64,000 nt of DNA, from NCBI GenBank assembly GCA_000004985.1, contig GG738847.1; one strand, written 5' to 3'. The notes beneath the pieces were generated by a model, which was not told the origin of the DNA, did no database searches, and saw only the letters and a list, made by a program, of their open reading frames with translations. A program made the position numbers and the translations under genes. How positions within the stretch are numbered: the first letter of the stretch is position 1; the number at the start of each line of letters is the position of its first letter. Positions 20,440 to 32,493 of the stretch are shown in pieces. The DNA is from Naegleria gruberi (taxonomy: Eukaryota).

Positions 20440-21333
20440 TTGGAGTTTTTTGAATTCTCCAGCAAAAAGAAGAAACTTCCTAGATCTCCTTCTTTACTTT
20501 CTGAAAATAATTCCTCAGAAAGAATAGCACGAATAAATCCACTCAAATACAAAGAATGGACCAGGGAAGCAATTTACTTAATATTATGCTCTAAAGATGA
20601 GAATGGAGGTGCTGGTTTAACTGAAGATGAAGCAAAACAATTATTTAATGCTGGTTTTACAGCTACTGCAATTAGAGCAATTGTCAACAGACTTTTAGAA
20701 TCACATGATAAATCATTTGGTATTAGTTATGTGATTGATAATGCCTTAAAGTACTTTCCAAATATTTCACGTAATTTAATTGGCAAAGTTGTTGATTGGG
20801 TAGAAAGGGTTATAGTGAAACCAATGGAAAGACCTAAAACTCTCCTCCAATTAATCATAAAATCACAACAAAAACAGATCTCTGACGGTTCAGAGGAGGA
20901 CATGAAGAAATGTGTCGATCAATACGGAGAAGCAAATTCAACTCTCTTGAAAGAAAACCCAACTAAAAACTTAAAGTTTGAAGATTGGCCAAATTTTAAA
21001 CAAGAATTACTGAATGCAACAACTATTCCTTCTTCAGGTGTTAAATTTGGACACCCTGCTTTTGGTAAAAACTTTAGATCATGTGAATTACCTTTAAACG
21101 GTGACAAATTTGCCAAACAAGAGCTACCTTACTTTTCTCAATTCCATTACAAAATGGAAAAAGATGATGAATTATTTAAAAAACTTGAAGAAAAACATAG
21201 AAGTTCCATAATGTTTTTGGGTCCATCTGGTTGTGGAAAGACAACCATTAGATTACTATCTAAAAATCCAGGAATGATTTTAACTTGCACTAGTCATGCT
21301 GAATCATCAAGTGGTTTAACAACTGAATATTGA
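20440..21333 (+). CDS. Exon block of a P-loop NTPase gene, Rad17/Rad24 (RFC-like checkpoint clamp loader)-like; gene model incomplete. Downstream coding blocks 21358..21549 and 21793..22491 probably belong to the same multi-exon gene
   Basis: Walker A HRSSIMFLGPSGCGKTTIRLLSKNPGMIL ~ human RAD17 GSILLITGPPGCGKTTTLKILSKEHGIQV. Walker-B-like IAVIDEAN encoded around 21598..21621. Open frame starts with TTG immediately 3' of tRNA-Ala; no ATG at the frame start, so 5' exon or true start unresolved. Confidence 0.4.
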   Translation: MEFFEFSSKKKKLPRSPSLLSENNSSERIARINPLKYKEWTREAIYLILCSKDENGGAGLTEDEAKQLFNAGFTATAIRAIVNRLLESHDKSFGISYVIDNALKYFPNISRNLIGKVVDWVERVIVKPMERPKTLLQLIIKSQQKQISDGSEEDMKKCVDQYGEANSTLLKENPTKNLKFEDWPNFKQELLNATTIPSSGVKFGHPAFGKNFRSCELPLNGDKFAKQELPYFSQFHYKMEKDDELFKKLEEKHRSSIMFLGPSGCGKTTIRLLSKNPGMILTCTSHAESSSGLTTEY

Positions 21334-21792
21334 TTTATATTTTAAAATTAATTCAAAATGCAAGAGAAAATCCATTTGTTTTACTTTATTTGGGGAATAC
21401 TTCCATATTTGGCAAACATGCAATTAAATGGTAATACTGGGGCAAGTGGTGAAGCGTTTACCAAGTTTTATGTTCAATACACATTCACGCCTTCTAGTAT
21501 TTTAATTAAAATTTCTCAAGTATTAATTGGAGAAATTATTCAAACCTAAAATAATAATTCTACCTTATTTGGAATTCAAAATCCAATTGAAAAATTCATA
21601 GCTGTCATTGATGAAGCAAATGTTTATTCACTGTATGTATTAATTTTCAAATTTCTCTAGAATATCTCTCTAACAACAAACAGTTCACTCACAGATTCGT
21701 CCAATCTTTCACATTTAATAGGATTAAATGGTACGAAAGGAGGTCTATTAACAATCCTAACACAAGCTATTGTAAACAATAATTTCTTTCAC

Positions 21793-22491
21793 ATGTCTTT
21801 ATTCTGTGGAACCAATTTTTCGGCAGAATTTGGCAACACTTTTATTCAATCAGCACGTGTTGATAAAACAAAAGCAAAGATTGAAAATTATTATGACTTT
21901 GGAGTAATTGCCGATAGAGATTTATTTTCATTCCTTCAAAAACACATTAGAATGAACAAGAAGGAACAACGAAATTTAGAACAATTCATTTATGAAAATG
22001 ATTTTAAATATTTTAGAAGAAGATTATTTACATTGGCTTTGGAAGAATTGGAAAAAATCAAAGATGAAAGAAGTAACAATGATAAAAAATTGGTCATTGC
22101 ATTCAAGAAATCAATTGAGACATGTTTACAATATGTTTGTAATGTTATGGTAAAGAAATATTTTGGCAATTACACAACCGTAACACCAACAGAACCAGAA
22201 CCTTTCAATACACTTCAAGAAGGTATTAAGGAAGCTCTTGTTAATTATATTGCACACTATAAGTTTCCTTTTTTAGGATCAACCTTTAAGATTGAGAATA
22301 ATGCTGTTGCTGATGCCTTATTATATTCTGCATTCTCTGGTCCAGAAAATTATGAAGATAAGTGTTATTCGTTCTCTGCAAAAGACTTTTTGGGCGTTGA
22401 GTGTGCTTTTGTTCTCGATATGATTATTAATACTAAACTTTATAACAAGGAGTGTCAAATATGTAACAAGGAGAAGGAAATATGTTATTAG
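21793..22491 (+). CDS. Hypothetical coding block (232 aa), probably a C-terminal exon of the preceding Rad17-like gene
   Basis: Long open frame with good coding composition, no family motif recognised. Stop at 22491, 230 bp from the convergent flippase gene. Confidence 0.35.
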   Translation: MSLFCGTNFSAEFGNTFIQSARVDKTKAKIENYYDFGVIADRDLFSFLQKHIRMNKKEQRNLEQFIYENDFKYFRRRLFTLALEELEKIKDERSNNDKKLVIAFKKSIETCLQYVCNVMVKKYFGNYTTVTPTEPEPFNTLQEGIKEALVNYIAHYKFPFLGSTFKIENNAVADALLYSAFSGPENYEDKCYSFSAKDFLGVECAFVLDMIINTKLYNKECQICNKEKEICY

Positions 22492-22721
22492 TTCAAAGAT
22501 TGAACTGATTAAGCGAACAGATTCTTATATCAATATGGAACATATTATGATCAGTAGATTGGTAAAAAAATGGAATGAACAATAAACAATATTTGATTAC
22601 ACATCTGAGAAGTATTACAAACTTTGAACAAGTTGTTTTTGTAAACTAGCAAATAACAATTGAAATAGAATTGATTTGGATTCAAATCTTATTGAAGATG
22701 GAATTTATTAATTGGTTTTTA

Positions 22722-25700
22722 TTAAAGCTCTGATAAGCCCATCGATAATCGCACCAACTTTCTCAATTTTCCATAAAATTGGTCTAATTTTTCAGAATCA
22801 ATACTGTTGGCATCTGTTGCTGAATAGAATTGTTCTTCTCGCTGTCTGATATATGCAGATACATTATATCTAAGGAGAAGTCTGTCAGATTCATCAAGTG
22901 ACTCTTCTTCATCTGAGTCAGAGGTTGAAAGTGTTGAATATGTTGAACAACCATTACCAATTAAATGTTTGAGGTTTTTCAATAATAAAAAGAAAGATGC
23001 ATCTCTAACTCCCCATATGACCAATAAACTTGGTAAGATACATAATGAAATAGCAATTAGAGCTACCAAATAAAACAATGAATAATCTCCCAATACTAGG
23101 AAAACTCTCCACAATCTTCCTTCCAAATGTCCCAAATTTCCTCCCAAAAACGACATGCTATTAACAATAAGGAATACACAAATACTTAATCCCATTATAA
23201 CAGTTGATAATCTCAGATTTAGTAAAGAAGGGGATGGTTTTTGAGTGATACCAGGATGGAATTTTACATGATTACACCTTTCCATTATCATAACTGTTAG
23301 ATATTGTACAGAAACAATAATAAAAATCATCAAACTATTAATATGCTCCAAATCATTTTTAAATTTCCCAAATCTAGATATTTCAATATTTAGAGAATTT
23401 TCATGAAAATTTTGAGGTCTACTCAAAATATTGGCTCCATAATAACCAATTCCAAAGCAAGTGAATAATACAATAATAAAACCTTGATAGGCAGCATTCA
23501 AAAACCATAAAAATAAGCTGGTTTGTGTTAAGGTTTCTCCTCTTCTGGAGGATCTGTATAGCTCTGGAATCTTTTCTAGAGCCATATCAGAAACTTCAAA
23601 TGAATGTCCATTATTAGCACTTCCCAATTTAAGTGAAGCTGGAGTAATGTACCGTATTAAATCTCCAATTCTCACATCCCCCATAGAAAATGCAAATGGC
23701 ACAACACTAGTATAAAGGATGTTATAAAAAACCAGAGAATGGGATTGTAAAATAGTATTTCCACTGAAATAGGTGAAAAGTAAATTATAAACAAGCTGGC
23801 ATGCAGCCAAAACAACTGATTTGTACATGGTGTACTGTGAAATGAGAGCCAATCTCTTGTAACTGTTTCTTCCATGCACAAGTAAGAGACGTTTCAACAT
23901 ACTAAATCTTGGAATGCCAAAATCAGCTGCTCTAACAGCCTGTAAATGTTCTGACTCTGTATTGACCTCTTGATGAGTTTCTTGATCTATTTTGGCACTC
24001 GAACTGATACCAATACCAACATCTGCCTCTAGAATCATGTTACAATCATTTCCACCATCTCCAATAGCCAAACAAATTGGAGAGGAGAGCGATTGAAGTC
24101 TATTGTTGGAATCTTCTGAGGAGAGCGGATATTTAATGAGTCTGACAATCTTTCCTTTCAATTTGGGAGTCATTCTGCAGCTAACACATGCATTCACTGA
24201 TTTGCAAAGCTTTAAAAAAGTTGAAACATTCTCCAAATCTGTTGACTCTTGTTCATCCAATATGAAATTCAATACTCTTCCTTCAAATACTAAACATTTG
24301 AAAATATTAGATTCCAATTCATCGTATTTTTCTGAAATTATTCTCAGAGAATCTCTAACAGAGGAGAAGGAATTTCCTTTCAGATGGGATATATCGATTA
24401 AATCTTGATGTAATGAAGGAACCAGATGACAGGCATGAGCAATTTGTACAGCTGTTTCCATCTTGTCACCTGTGAGCATCCAAATAGAGATTCCAGCCTC
24501 TCTCAAGCTATCAATACACTCACCAACTCCTTCTTGAAGTTTATCTTCCATAGCAGTGGCTCCATGTAACAGAAACTCCTTCTCTATTGAATCGACAATT
24601 GGTTGTTGTTCTCCTTCTTCCATTTGTGAAATTGTTTCCAGGAAAGTGGTGACTTCCTCCATAGCAAGCTCTTTACCAGCCATAAGCATTACTCTAAGTC
24701 CTTCTTTCGAGGCAAGATTCTGAATGTGACTCAAGGTTTCTTGTAGTATTTCAGCATTTGCTTGATTGTTCATCCTCTCACAAATAACATCATCTGCTCC
24801 CTTACAGAAAATATAATATTTACACTGGTTTGGATCGTCAGATATTCTTTTTACAATTATGGACATTCTTCTTCTATCTGAAGTGAAGTGAATTACTTTC
24901 AATATATTATATTCCTCCAAAGTAAAATTATTAGCATCTGAATGGATTCTCAAAATCATTCTTTCCTCATCTCTGTAATTTAAAACAACTCCTTGATATG
25001 CTGCATATTTGACAAAGGCATCCTCTTCGGGCGAGCTCGATCTGTAATGTGGCAAGAAGGATCCACTTGTTGAATTGTCGCAATAAACTGTATGGCAAAG
25101 GGCCAAATTTCTCAGGAAGGACAATGTGCTCTCTGTAAAATTACATTGCTCATTGAGGAAACCAATTTTGTGAGTATTTATGCTGGTAGGATGATGAGAA
25201 ACTGAGGCATCAACAACCTTTCCATCAACAATAACTCTAGAGAGTGTCAATAAATTCTCTGTTAGGGTACCTGTCTTGTCACTGAAAATGTAATCTATTT
25301 GACCCAAGTCCTCTGCTACAGAAGTATTGGATGCACTAGTTCTATTCCCCTGAGCATCACATAAAAGGTCATCTTTTGGTATGAAAAACATTGAGATAAT
25401 GTACTTGGCTACATCTGACGTGATTTTCAAAGATTGTGGAATCATTAGAGAGCATAACATGGTAAATCTCAGAGGTATGATTAGGTAAGGCAATATCTTT
25501 TCAGCAAAATATTCAAGCACATCAAGAATGTAGTAACCAGTGACAAGCTTGGAATGTTGAAAATCTACGGCCGTATTAAGATAAAACATATTCTTTCCAT
25601 TATTAAAATAGAGATAATTGCCAATTAATCCAAAGGCCAATCCAATAGAAAACTGGACAATAAAAATTCCAACTACTACATGGTTGATAAAGTTATCCAT

Positions 25701-27456
25701 CTTGGTCCATTTCATTTCAACTTCCTTTCTATTCATTCCAATTTTTGTTTCATTTCCAGTATAAATTACTACAGCCAAAGCAGATGCGGTACTTTTCAAT
25801 GTTGTGCCTTGTAATAGTAAATTATTAGATGTGACTGAAAACCTGTCCATTCTATTCTTGTAGGGTACGATTATTTCACCTTTGAAATGATCCAAATCTG
25901 CATTAGGAGCATTACATTCAATAATACATGAAAAGTCATTTACCATTGATACTTCACTTTCACCACTGGAGGTAGTTAAAAGTTTCTGGATTGCACCAAT
26001 AGATTTCTTCTCCTTGTAGTGAGATTCTCCATCGAGAGCACTTGTTTCCACCCAGGCAATACCACCTGTTACTGTGGAAAAGCCTTCTTTTTTCAGGACA
26101 TTGCTTGAATGAATGAGAACCATATCAGCTCTAATCTGTTCATCATCTTGCAGATAGACAATATCTCCTGCTTGTAGTTGATAGGAAGGAATTGTTTCAG
26201 TTTTTCCATGTCTGATAATTGTCACTAATTTGCTATTAATTTCAGAGTCCTTCTGATATCTAAACAAATCATCCACTAGCTCCTTAGCTACTCCGACTGT
26301 CACGACCAATATTAAGGGAATCCACGTCGTACTTTAAAATTATGTTAAGAATGTTTCTAACTTTTTGAACTCTTATACTCACATTGGATTAGTTGGACTG
26401 GCAGCTTTCCAAAACTGAAGACAGGCCAATGCCAAAAAGTACTGATTCATTCTTAATGAAAATTGAGCACTAATACTCTTCCACAAGAAGTTGTACCATC
26501 TATACTTAGTATTACTAATTGTATTGTCAGAATATCTGGGATAATTAAAATTTCGTTCTCTTGAAAATTCTTTCCTTATTTGAATGGCTTCAGTCAATTC
26601 CTGTAAAGAATGGTATTGTTCAGAAAAGATAAATTTCCAAAAGTAATCAATTAATTCTTGCCAAAACCTTTCGAACATGGCTCTACTTTGAAACATTCCC
26701 AGTGCTGTTCTATATACAGATGCTGTTGCATGACCAGTGCTGGAATTTGCTGATGAAGTCGAAGACCTATCGTCCAATAATACAATTTGTGAATATTCAT
26801 TACATGAACAACTCGAATAAATTAAAGATCCAACTATATAAATTACATTCTTTACACAAATATTAACCAAAATATTTGTGACTTGATAAATTATTAAACA
26901 TATTAAACTTGTTATATACATTAACATTGTTTTTTGCTTGGCAAATGATTTTGCAAAATTTACAATTCTTCTTCTACCATTATTTACAGAGGGAGCAATT
27001 ACCTGATCATGATAATGTTCATGTATCAGCTGTTCCCTCTCAAAACAATGTGATTCTACATTTCCATAAATTATTCTTCGTTTTCCTTTTTGTTCCGAAT
27101 CAAATTCCTCCATAACAAGTACTGACGATGGTTGTATTTGTTCATAATCATCAGAATAATTAATATTTGACTCATCGCCATTGTTAGAAATTTCCTCTTC
27201 CTGATAATAGGCAATCTCTCCTCCTGATAATGATGAAGATGGACTTGACACCTCTTTCATAGTAGATGAACGATCTTTTCCATCATCCCGATCATCTTCC
27301 AATGTTTTACTATTATTTATTGTTGATGATGTTAATGTTGATGGATAACTATTCTCATCATCGTCATTGTTGGATGATTTCCATCCTCCTTTACTGGCTG
27401 CCACTGATGTTCGAGAGAGAATGGTTCCTCCACCATTTGTATTCATTTTTTTTAAT
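22722..27456 (-). CDS. P4-type ATPase (phospholipid flippase). Exons 26376..27456 and 22722..26324, intron 26325..26375; possible additional unrecognised intron around 26764..26937
   Basis: P-type motifs IFSDKTGTLTEN, MLTGDKMETA, AIGDGGNDCNMI. P4 N-terminal block NYPRYSDNTISNTKYRWYNFLWKSISAQFSLRMNQYFLALACLQ..SPTNP|ITTWIPLILVVTVGVAKELVDD split by a 51-nt GTGAGT..AAAG intron. Real ATG at 27456 (aaaaaaaATG). Confidence 0.85.
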
Positions 27457-27701
27457 TTCACTTCTAAAATTGGGTATTAATGGGTTGTGCTTGGAATTAA
27501 TAATTTAATGTATAATTTAATATTAAATTAAATTGTATTATTTATTGGTTGATTTGAGTGAAACTAATTTTTGAAAATTAATTTTCAATTAATATTAATG
27601 TTGTGTTCGAATATTTATATCACTAAGTTTATAATCTGGATATGTAGTTTCCACATCGAGGACTTGATTTTTTAATCTTTCCTTAAAAAGCTATTCAATA
27701 A

Positions 27702-28520
27702 TTAAATTAATTTTCCAAAAATAGAAATTTTAAAAACACGTACAGCAATGTTTCCCATAAACTTATCAAGCAATATCAAGACATCATCATGCCCATGAAA
27801 ATAAGCTCTTCTCCTAGGTGTGTGGCCTTCCTTATTTTTCACATCAACCTTAATCTTTGGATGATACAATAACAAGGCAACAATATTGAAATATCCCTCA
27901 CCACAACAATAGTGAAGTGGTGTATTTCCGAGTGAGTCCTTTACATTTACTGGTACACCTCTTGATATTCCATATTTTACAGTCTCTATATTTCCCCATT
28001 GACAAGCATGATGCAAGATATTTCTATTCATCTATATTTTCCGATCATATTAATTAATAATTATTAAAATAATAATCAATTTCCATTATCACAATTATCA
28101 CAATATATATAAACCAATCCACTCCAAAAAAGAGTTCAGAATACATACATGATCCTTTACATTAGCCTTCTCCTTCTTATCCAAAATTTCCTTCACATAT
28201 TCAGGTTTTCCCAACAACCCTGCACAATGAAAAAAGTATTCATCAATAGCCATTCCTAAATTATTTTCTAAACTACTACCACTACCACTACTAACATTAC
28301 TCCCGTTAACGTTCTTATTTTTGTTGCTTTTTGGTGACGAAGATGATGAAGAGTTATCATTGTTCCCGCCAGCAGTGTTGTTGTTCGTTGTGGATAACCA
28401 TAAATTTTGGCGGGAAGAATCAGAGAGGGAATTGTGACTTGAGGAAGAAGTAGTGTTGTTGTTGTTATTGGTCTTGTCCTTCTTTCGGAGGGAATCTAAT
28501 AATTTTCGAAATAATGTCAT
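27702..28520 (-). CDS. Small ankyrin-repeat protein (~234 aa). Exons 28149..28520 and 27702..28031, intron 28032..28148
   Basis: Exon 1 ends ..KEKANVKDH|GTATGT, exon 2 begins aaatatag|MNRNILHHACQWGNIETVKYGISRGVPVNVKDSLGNTPLHYCCGEGYFNIVALLL (ankyrin repeats). N-terminus is poly-N/S low complexity. Confidence 0.65.
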
Positions 28521-28847
28521 GTTAACGATGAAAGGTTTCTTTTTTTTTTGCTTTTACATTTGACATGTGGCAAAAGTTGGTGTCAACAGTTCACCAAACC
28601 TTACATTTCAAATAATTAATGGTCATACCAGATTTGAATAGAGTTTTGTAACTTTTTCGATTAATCTCTTACACTTTAAGGGAGGAGACATATCTATAAC
28701 AAAAATATTCGAAAGTTAACGAAACCTTGTAAATTTATTACCTGGGTTGACAAGCAGACATGCAATGAAGTGTTGCAATATCCAGCTGTCTCAATCCTCA
28801 AAAAAATAAATGTTTACTGTGAGTGAGGGTAATCGTCAACTAATAGA

Positions 28848-30743
28848 ATGAAAGAATTTGGAGACGGAATTAATTTCTCTTTGTTGGAAACTAGAAACGA
28901 AACTTTACCTTCATCAAATAGCTCTGTTTATTGTTATGAAATATTATTCGAATTGGGATCTTTGAGTAGGGATAATTCGGAATATCAGTATGGCCTCTGT
29001 CCAGATACTTGGGTAACTTTAGGAGTTTCGTCTAGTTTACTACTACTTTATTTGATTATCTTGCTTACAAGCATTGTAGGAATTGCAAAATTTTGGAACG
29101 AGGGACATATTCGAGCAAGAAGTCCAATACAAATGATCTTGACTCTAACTGCAACCACTATTTGTGTTGTATTGGCATGTTCTAGAATGATTGCTGGCAG
29201 GAGATTATTTCCATGCGGTTTATACTTGTTGGGATGTTTAATATTCCCTCAATTAACGATTATTCCATCATGCATTCGATGTATAAGAATGTATCTCTTG
29301 TATATCTTAAATTTGAAAAAGACGAAACTGGTCGAACTCAAACGAACTGCATCCATGTATCTAGGTTCTCGACCCAAAGATCATGAATTCTCAGAACCAA
29401 ACTCACCAACCTCTCCAGTTCCTCCAACTTTTAGTCCTGATTTTCAAACCCTCAATTCGTTAAATTCCGTTACAACGACCATTGATGAGGTATTTGTTGT
29501 GAATATTGAGAATGAAGATGCTGATTCAAAGATTGAGGATGGTGATATGTTTTCTAGTCCAAGATCAGATGATAAAATGATATCGAGTTATTCCTTGGCA
29601 TCACATCTCACTTCTACAGAAGGTTTTACAATGGAAGATAATGTTATACGAAAGGTTGATTCTCCACCTAGGAAAGATTCCAAGAAGGTAGATTTTGAGG
29701 CTTTCACCATTGAGTCAACCACAATCGATTGTAAGCAAATGGACAAGATTGAAAATCAACTCGAGGAGCAACACTCTGGAGTTTTCGTTCGAAAATATCA
29801 GAAACACATCAACATCCTCTCCTTCATGGTCAGCTACAAGATGTCCATTCCAATTTACATTTTCTTTCTTGGAATGCATATTGTCTTGTATTTCATTCTG
29901 GGTGGAGTTGAAAGCTATTTCCAATCAACACAGAATCAAGAAATATTCCTTCGACCTGGTGGAGATTTTTTCCTGTTCAGTCATGGGTGTGGAATGTCCT
30001 TGAATTATTCCATTATTTTGGTCTCACTCATGGCAATCTACATATTCGCAGAGATTTGTTGCTTAATTTTGAGTTTTTTCGGTGATAAGGACACATGGAA
30101 TATCAAGAGAGAAACCATTGCCTTAATTATTGTTCAAATATTGTGTGCCACGTATTTTATTATTGGAATGTCAGTGCCAATACTGATTGGAATGGTCGAG
30201 TTTTTTGTTCCATCCTCAATGGCTTTTGTGGTCATGTCCATATGTGAAGTATTCATTACGGTGTTTCTTCCGGTTGTGTACAGTTTCTTACAACATATCC
30301 GAAAGAAAAAGAGTAGTATGGAAAATAATTCATCTGATTTGTGTTTTATTCTGGCGAGAAAGAGAAGTTTTAAAATATTTCTCGACTTTGCACGGAGGAG
30401 TTTTTGTCCAGAAGCTGTCATTTGCTATGAACACATTCAACATTATAAGAAATGTTCGAAAAGAAATCGAAAGAAAGTTGCGAATAAGATATTAGAAACT
30501 TATTTAAGGTTGGGAAGTCCACTCGAGCTCAATTATCCCAATTTACAACGACTTTATGATGATTTGGAGATTAAAATCAATTCGAATGAAATACCAGAAA
30601 GTAATTTATTTGATCAAGTGGTATTTCATTGCCTTCAAGATATGAAAGAGTTATTCGAAAGGTTTAAGAATCAAAGTAAGGAAGCAAGAGATATTCTCGC
30701 TGCAAGAAAAAAGACAGAAACTAACAGCAATTCAATCACATAA
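28848..30743 (+). CDS. Seven-transmembrane protein with C-terminal RGS (regulator of G-protein signalling) domain (631 aa)
   Basis: Seven hydrophobic helices (three N-terminal, long Ser/Pro-rich loop, four more). C-terminal RGS-like block SFKIFLDFARRSFCPEAVICYEHIQHYKK..KVANKILETYLRLGSPLELNYP..LFDQVVFHCLQDMKELFERFK. Confidence 0.65.
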   Translation: MKEFGDGINFSLLETRNETLPSSNSSVYCYEILFELGSLSRDNSEYQYGLCPDTWVTLGVSSSLLLLYLIILLTSIVGIAKFWNEGHIRARSPIQMILTLTATTICVVLACSRMIAGRRLFPCGLYLLGCLIFPQLTIIPSCIRCIRMYLLYILNLKKTKLVELKRTASMYLGSRPKDHEFSEPNSPTSPVPPTFSPDFQTLNSLNSVTTTIDEVFVVNIENEDADSKIEDGDMFSSPRSDDKMISSYSLASHLTSTEGFTMEDNVIRKVDSPPRKDSKKVDFEAFTIESTTIDCKQMDKIENQLEEQHSGVFVRKYQKHINILSFMVSYKMSIPIYIFFLGMHIVLYFILGGVESYFQSTQNQEIFLRPGGDFFLFSHGCGMSLNYSIILVSLMAIYIFAEICCLILSFFGDKDTWNIKRETIALIIVQILCATYFIIGMSVPILIGMVEFFVPSSMAFVVMSICEVFITVFLPVVYSFLQHIRKKKSSMENNSSDLCFILARKRSFKIFLDFARRSFCPEAVICYEHIQHYKKCSKRNRKKVANKILETYLRLGSPLELNYPNLQRLYDDLEIKINSNEIPESNLFDQVVFHCLQDMKELFERFKNQSKEARDILAARKKTETNSNSIT

Positions 30744-31018
30744 CCTCTTCATTATCTTGTGAATATTTCAAAACACTCAATTTGGATTTTCATTGATGAA
30801 ACATTCAACGCTCCCTCCAATTCACTAAACTTTTCATTTTACAACAATTTTACAAAACTGTTCACAATTATTTCGAATATTCGAAACTCACAAAAAAACT
30901 CAATTTACTTTTTTGAGCAGCCAAAGGTCATCGCCCCTTGTCTCATTGGAACGTCTCATTCAATAACATCCTAATTAAAATTCGTTAAAAAAATTGAGTT
31001 CATTGCTTTTGTGATAAC

Positions 31019-32206
31019 ATGAAGAATAGCACCAAGTTGTTAATTTGTCAAATAATAACGTCATCCATAGTGGCCTTTGTCATGTTTGTTGTTTGGATTG
31101 GTGTTTTCTTTGGTGAAACCTATCGTAAGTTTTAATGTTATGATGATGATATTGACCTTTCGTATAAACAAATAGCCGAAATTAGAGTGAAAGAAACTTT
31201 CCTTGCCTCTACTTGTAATGTTGTAGGTAGATCAGTCGTATCATCTAAATGTTGTACCAAAGACTGTTCCTATTGTAGCTATTGCCAAAGTGGTGATAGT
31301 TGCTCATCCTTGGCTGTAACCTTGGCCATCAATTCGACATCAGGTTGTTGTGATGGTTACAAGTGTTGTGATACATGTTGCGATAAATGTCAGACATGTA
31401 CTGGTTCTGGCTCTTCAAAATCATGTTATTATCGTGATTGTAATTGTAGATGTTGCAGTAGTGTGCAGAATTTGCAATGTACTTTGACATGTAAGGAATG
31501 TTGGACACCAACTGTTACTATGGAATATCAAACAATAACCAATAGCACTGTACAAGCCAAGATCTCTAAGAGCTGTAACACTGATTACACTTGTGTTGAT
31601 AATTATTTGTCACTTTATCAACTCAATCAAACTTCACAATGTTTTTACAATCCACAAAATACTCAAGAATTGGCAACTTCGAATGAATATACTCCACACA
31701 AATTTGGAATAATGTATACATTCGCTGCATTGACTATTATTTCAGTTATTTGGTTGTTGATTGTCTTGTTTATTTCATTGGGTTTATGTTTACATAAGAA
31801 TGGTTTCATCAAGATTGAATTTACTAGAAATGGAAGTTCAGGAAGCACTAGTGCTTATCATGATGCCACTGCCACTACTACCACAATTGAAACAACGACA
31901 ACTAAACCAGTTGAAAAATCTTATGCAACTTCCACACAATCCATAACTTTAGACCAAGCAAAAGATGATTCTCATAATAATGAAGTTTATCAACCACCTG
32001 TTGTTGCTCAACCAGTTGCTGCTACTGTTGGAGGAAATGGTTTCTATGAACCAACTGGAAATGAACCAGTCAGTCAACCAGGTGTTAGTACTTTGCCATA
32101 TCCACCAACTAATGATTTCAATCCTTATCAACCATTCAATCCTAATGCTAATTACAATCCAAATGCAGACAATAATCAATATATTTCTTATGGACCTACT
32201 AATTAA
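31019..32206 (+). CDS. Type I membrane protein with Cys-rich ectodomain and Pro/Asn-rich cytoplasmic tail. Exons 31019..31124 and 31176..32206
   Basis: Exon 1 encodes a signal/anchor (MKNSTKLLICQIITSSIVAFVMFVVWIGVFFG) ending at a GTAAGT donor; 51-nt intron to aaatag. Ectodomain has dense CC/CxC clusters. TM segment FAALTIISVIWLLIVLFISLGLCL. Tail is rich in NPxY-like/PPxN motifs. Confidence 0.6.
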
Positions 32207-32493
32207 CAAGTTATCAAATAGGAATTTATACAACTCAACTTTAGAAACTAGGTTTTTATCTATTGGTTAAACGGCCAATTGAATATCATCAAATTACAAT
32301 ATTACTGGTAATTAAAAATAAATTAAATCTCTCAAATTATCTAAATATCATCTGATTCATACTAAAATCAAGAGATTTCTAAAATAGTCGTTTGTTCAAG
32401 TCAACTTTTACATTGGGTGTACTGATGAACTTGCAACTTTAGTTGTACGAATTATCAAAAAGTATAATATTAAAGTTCACAAATCAAAAAAAA

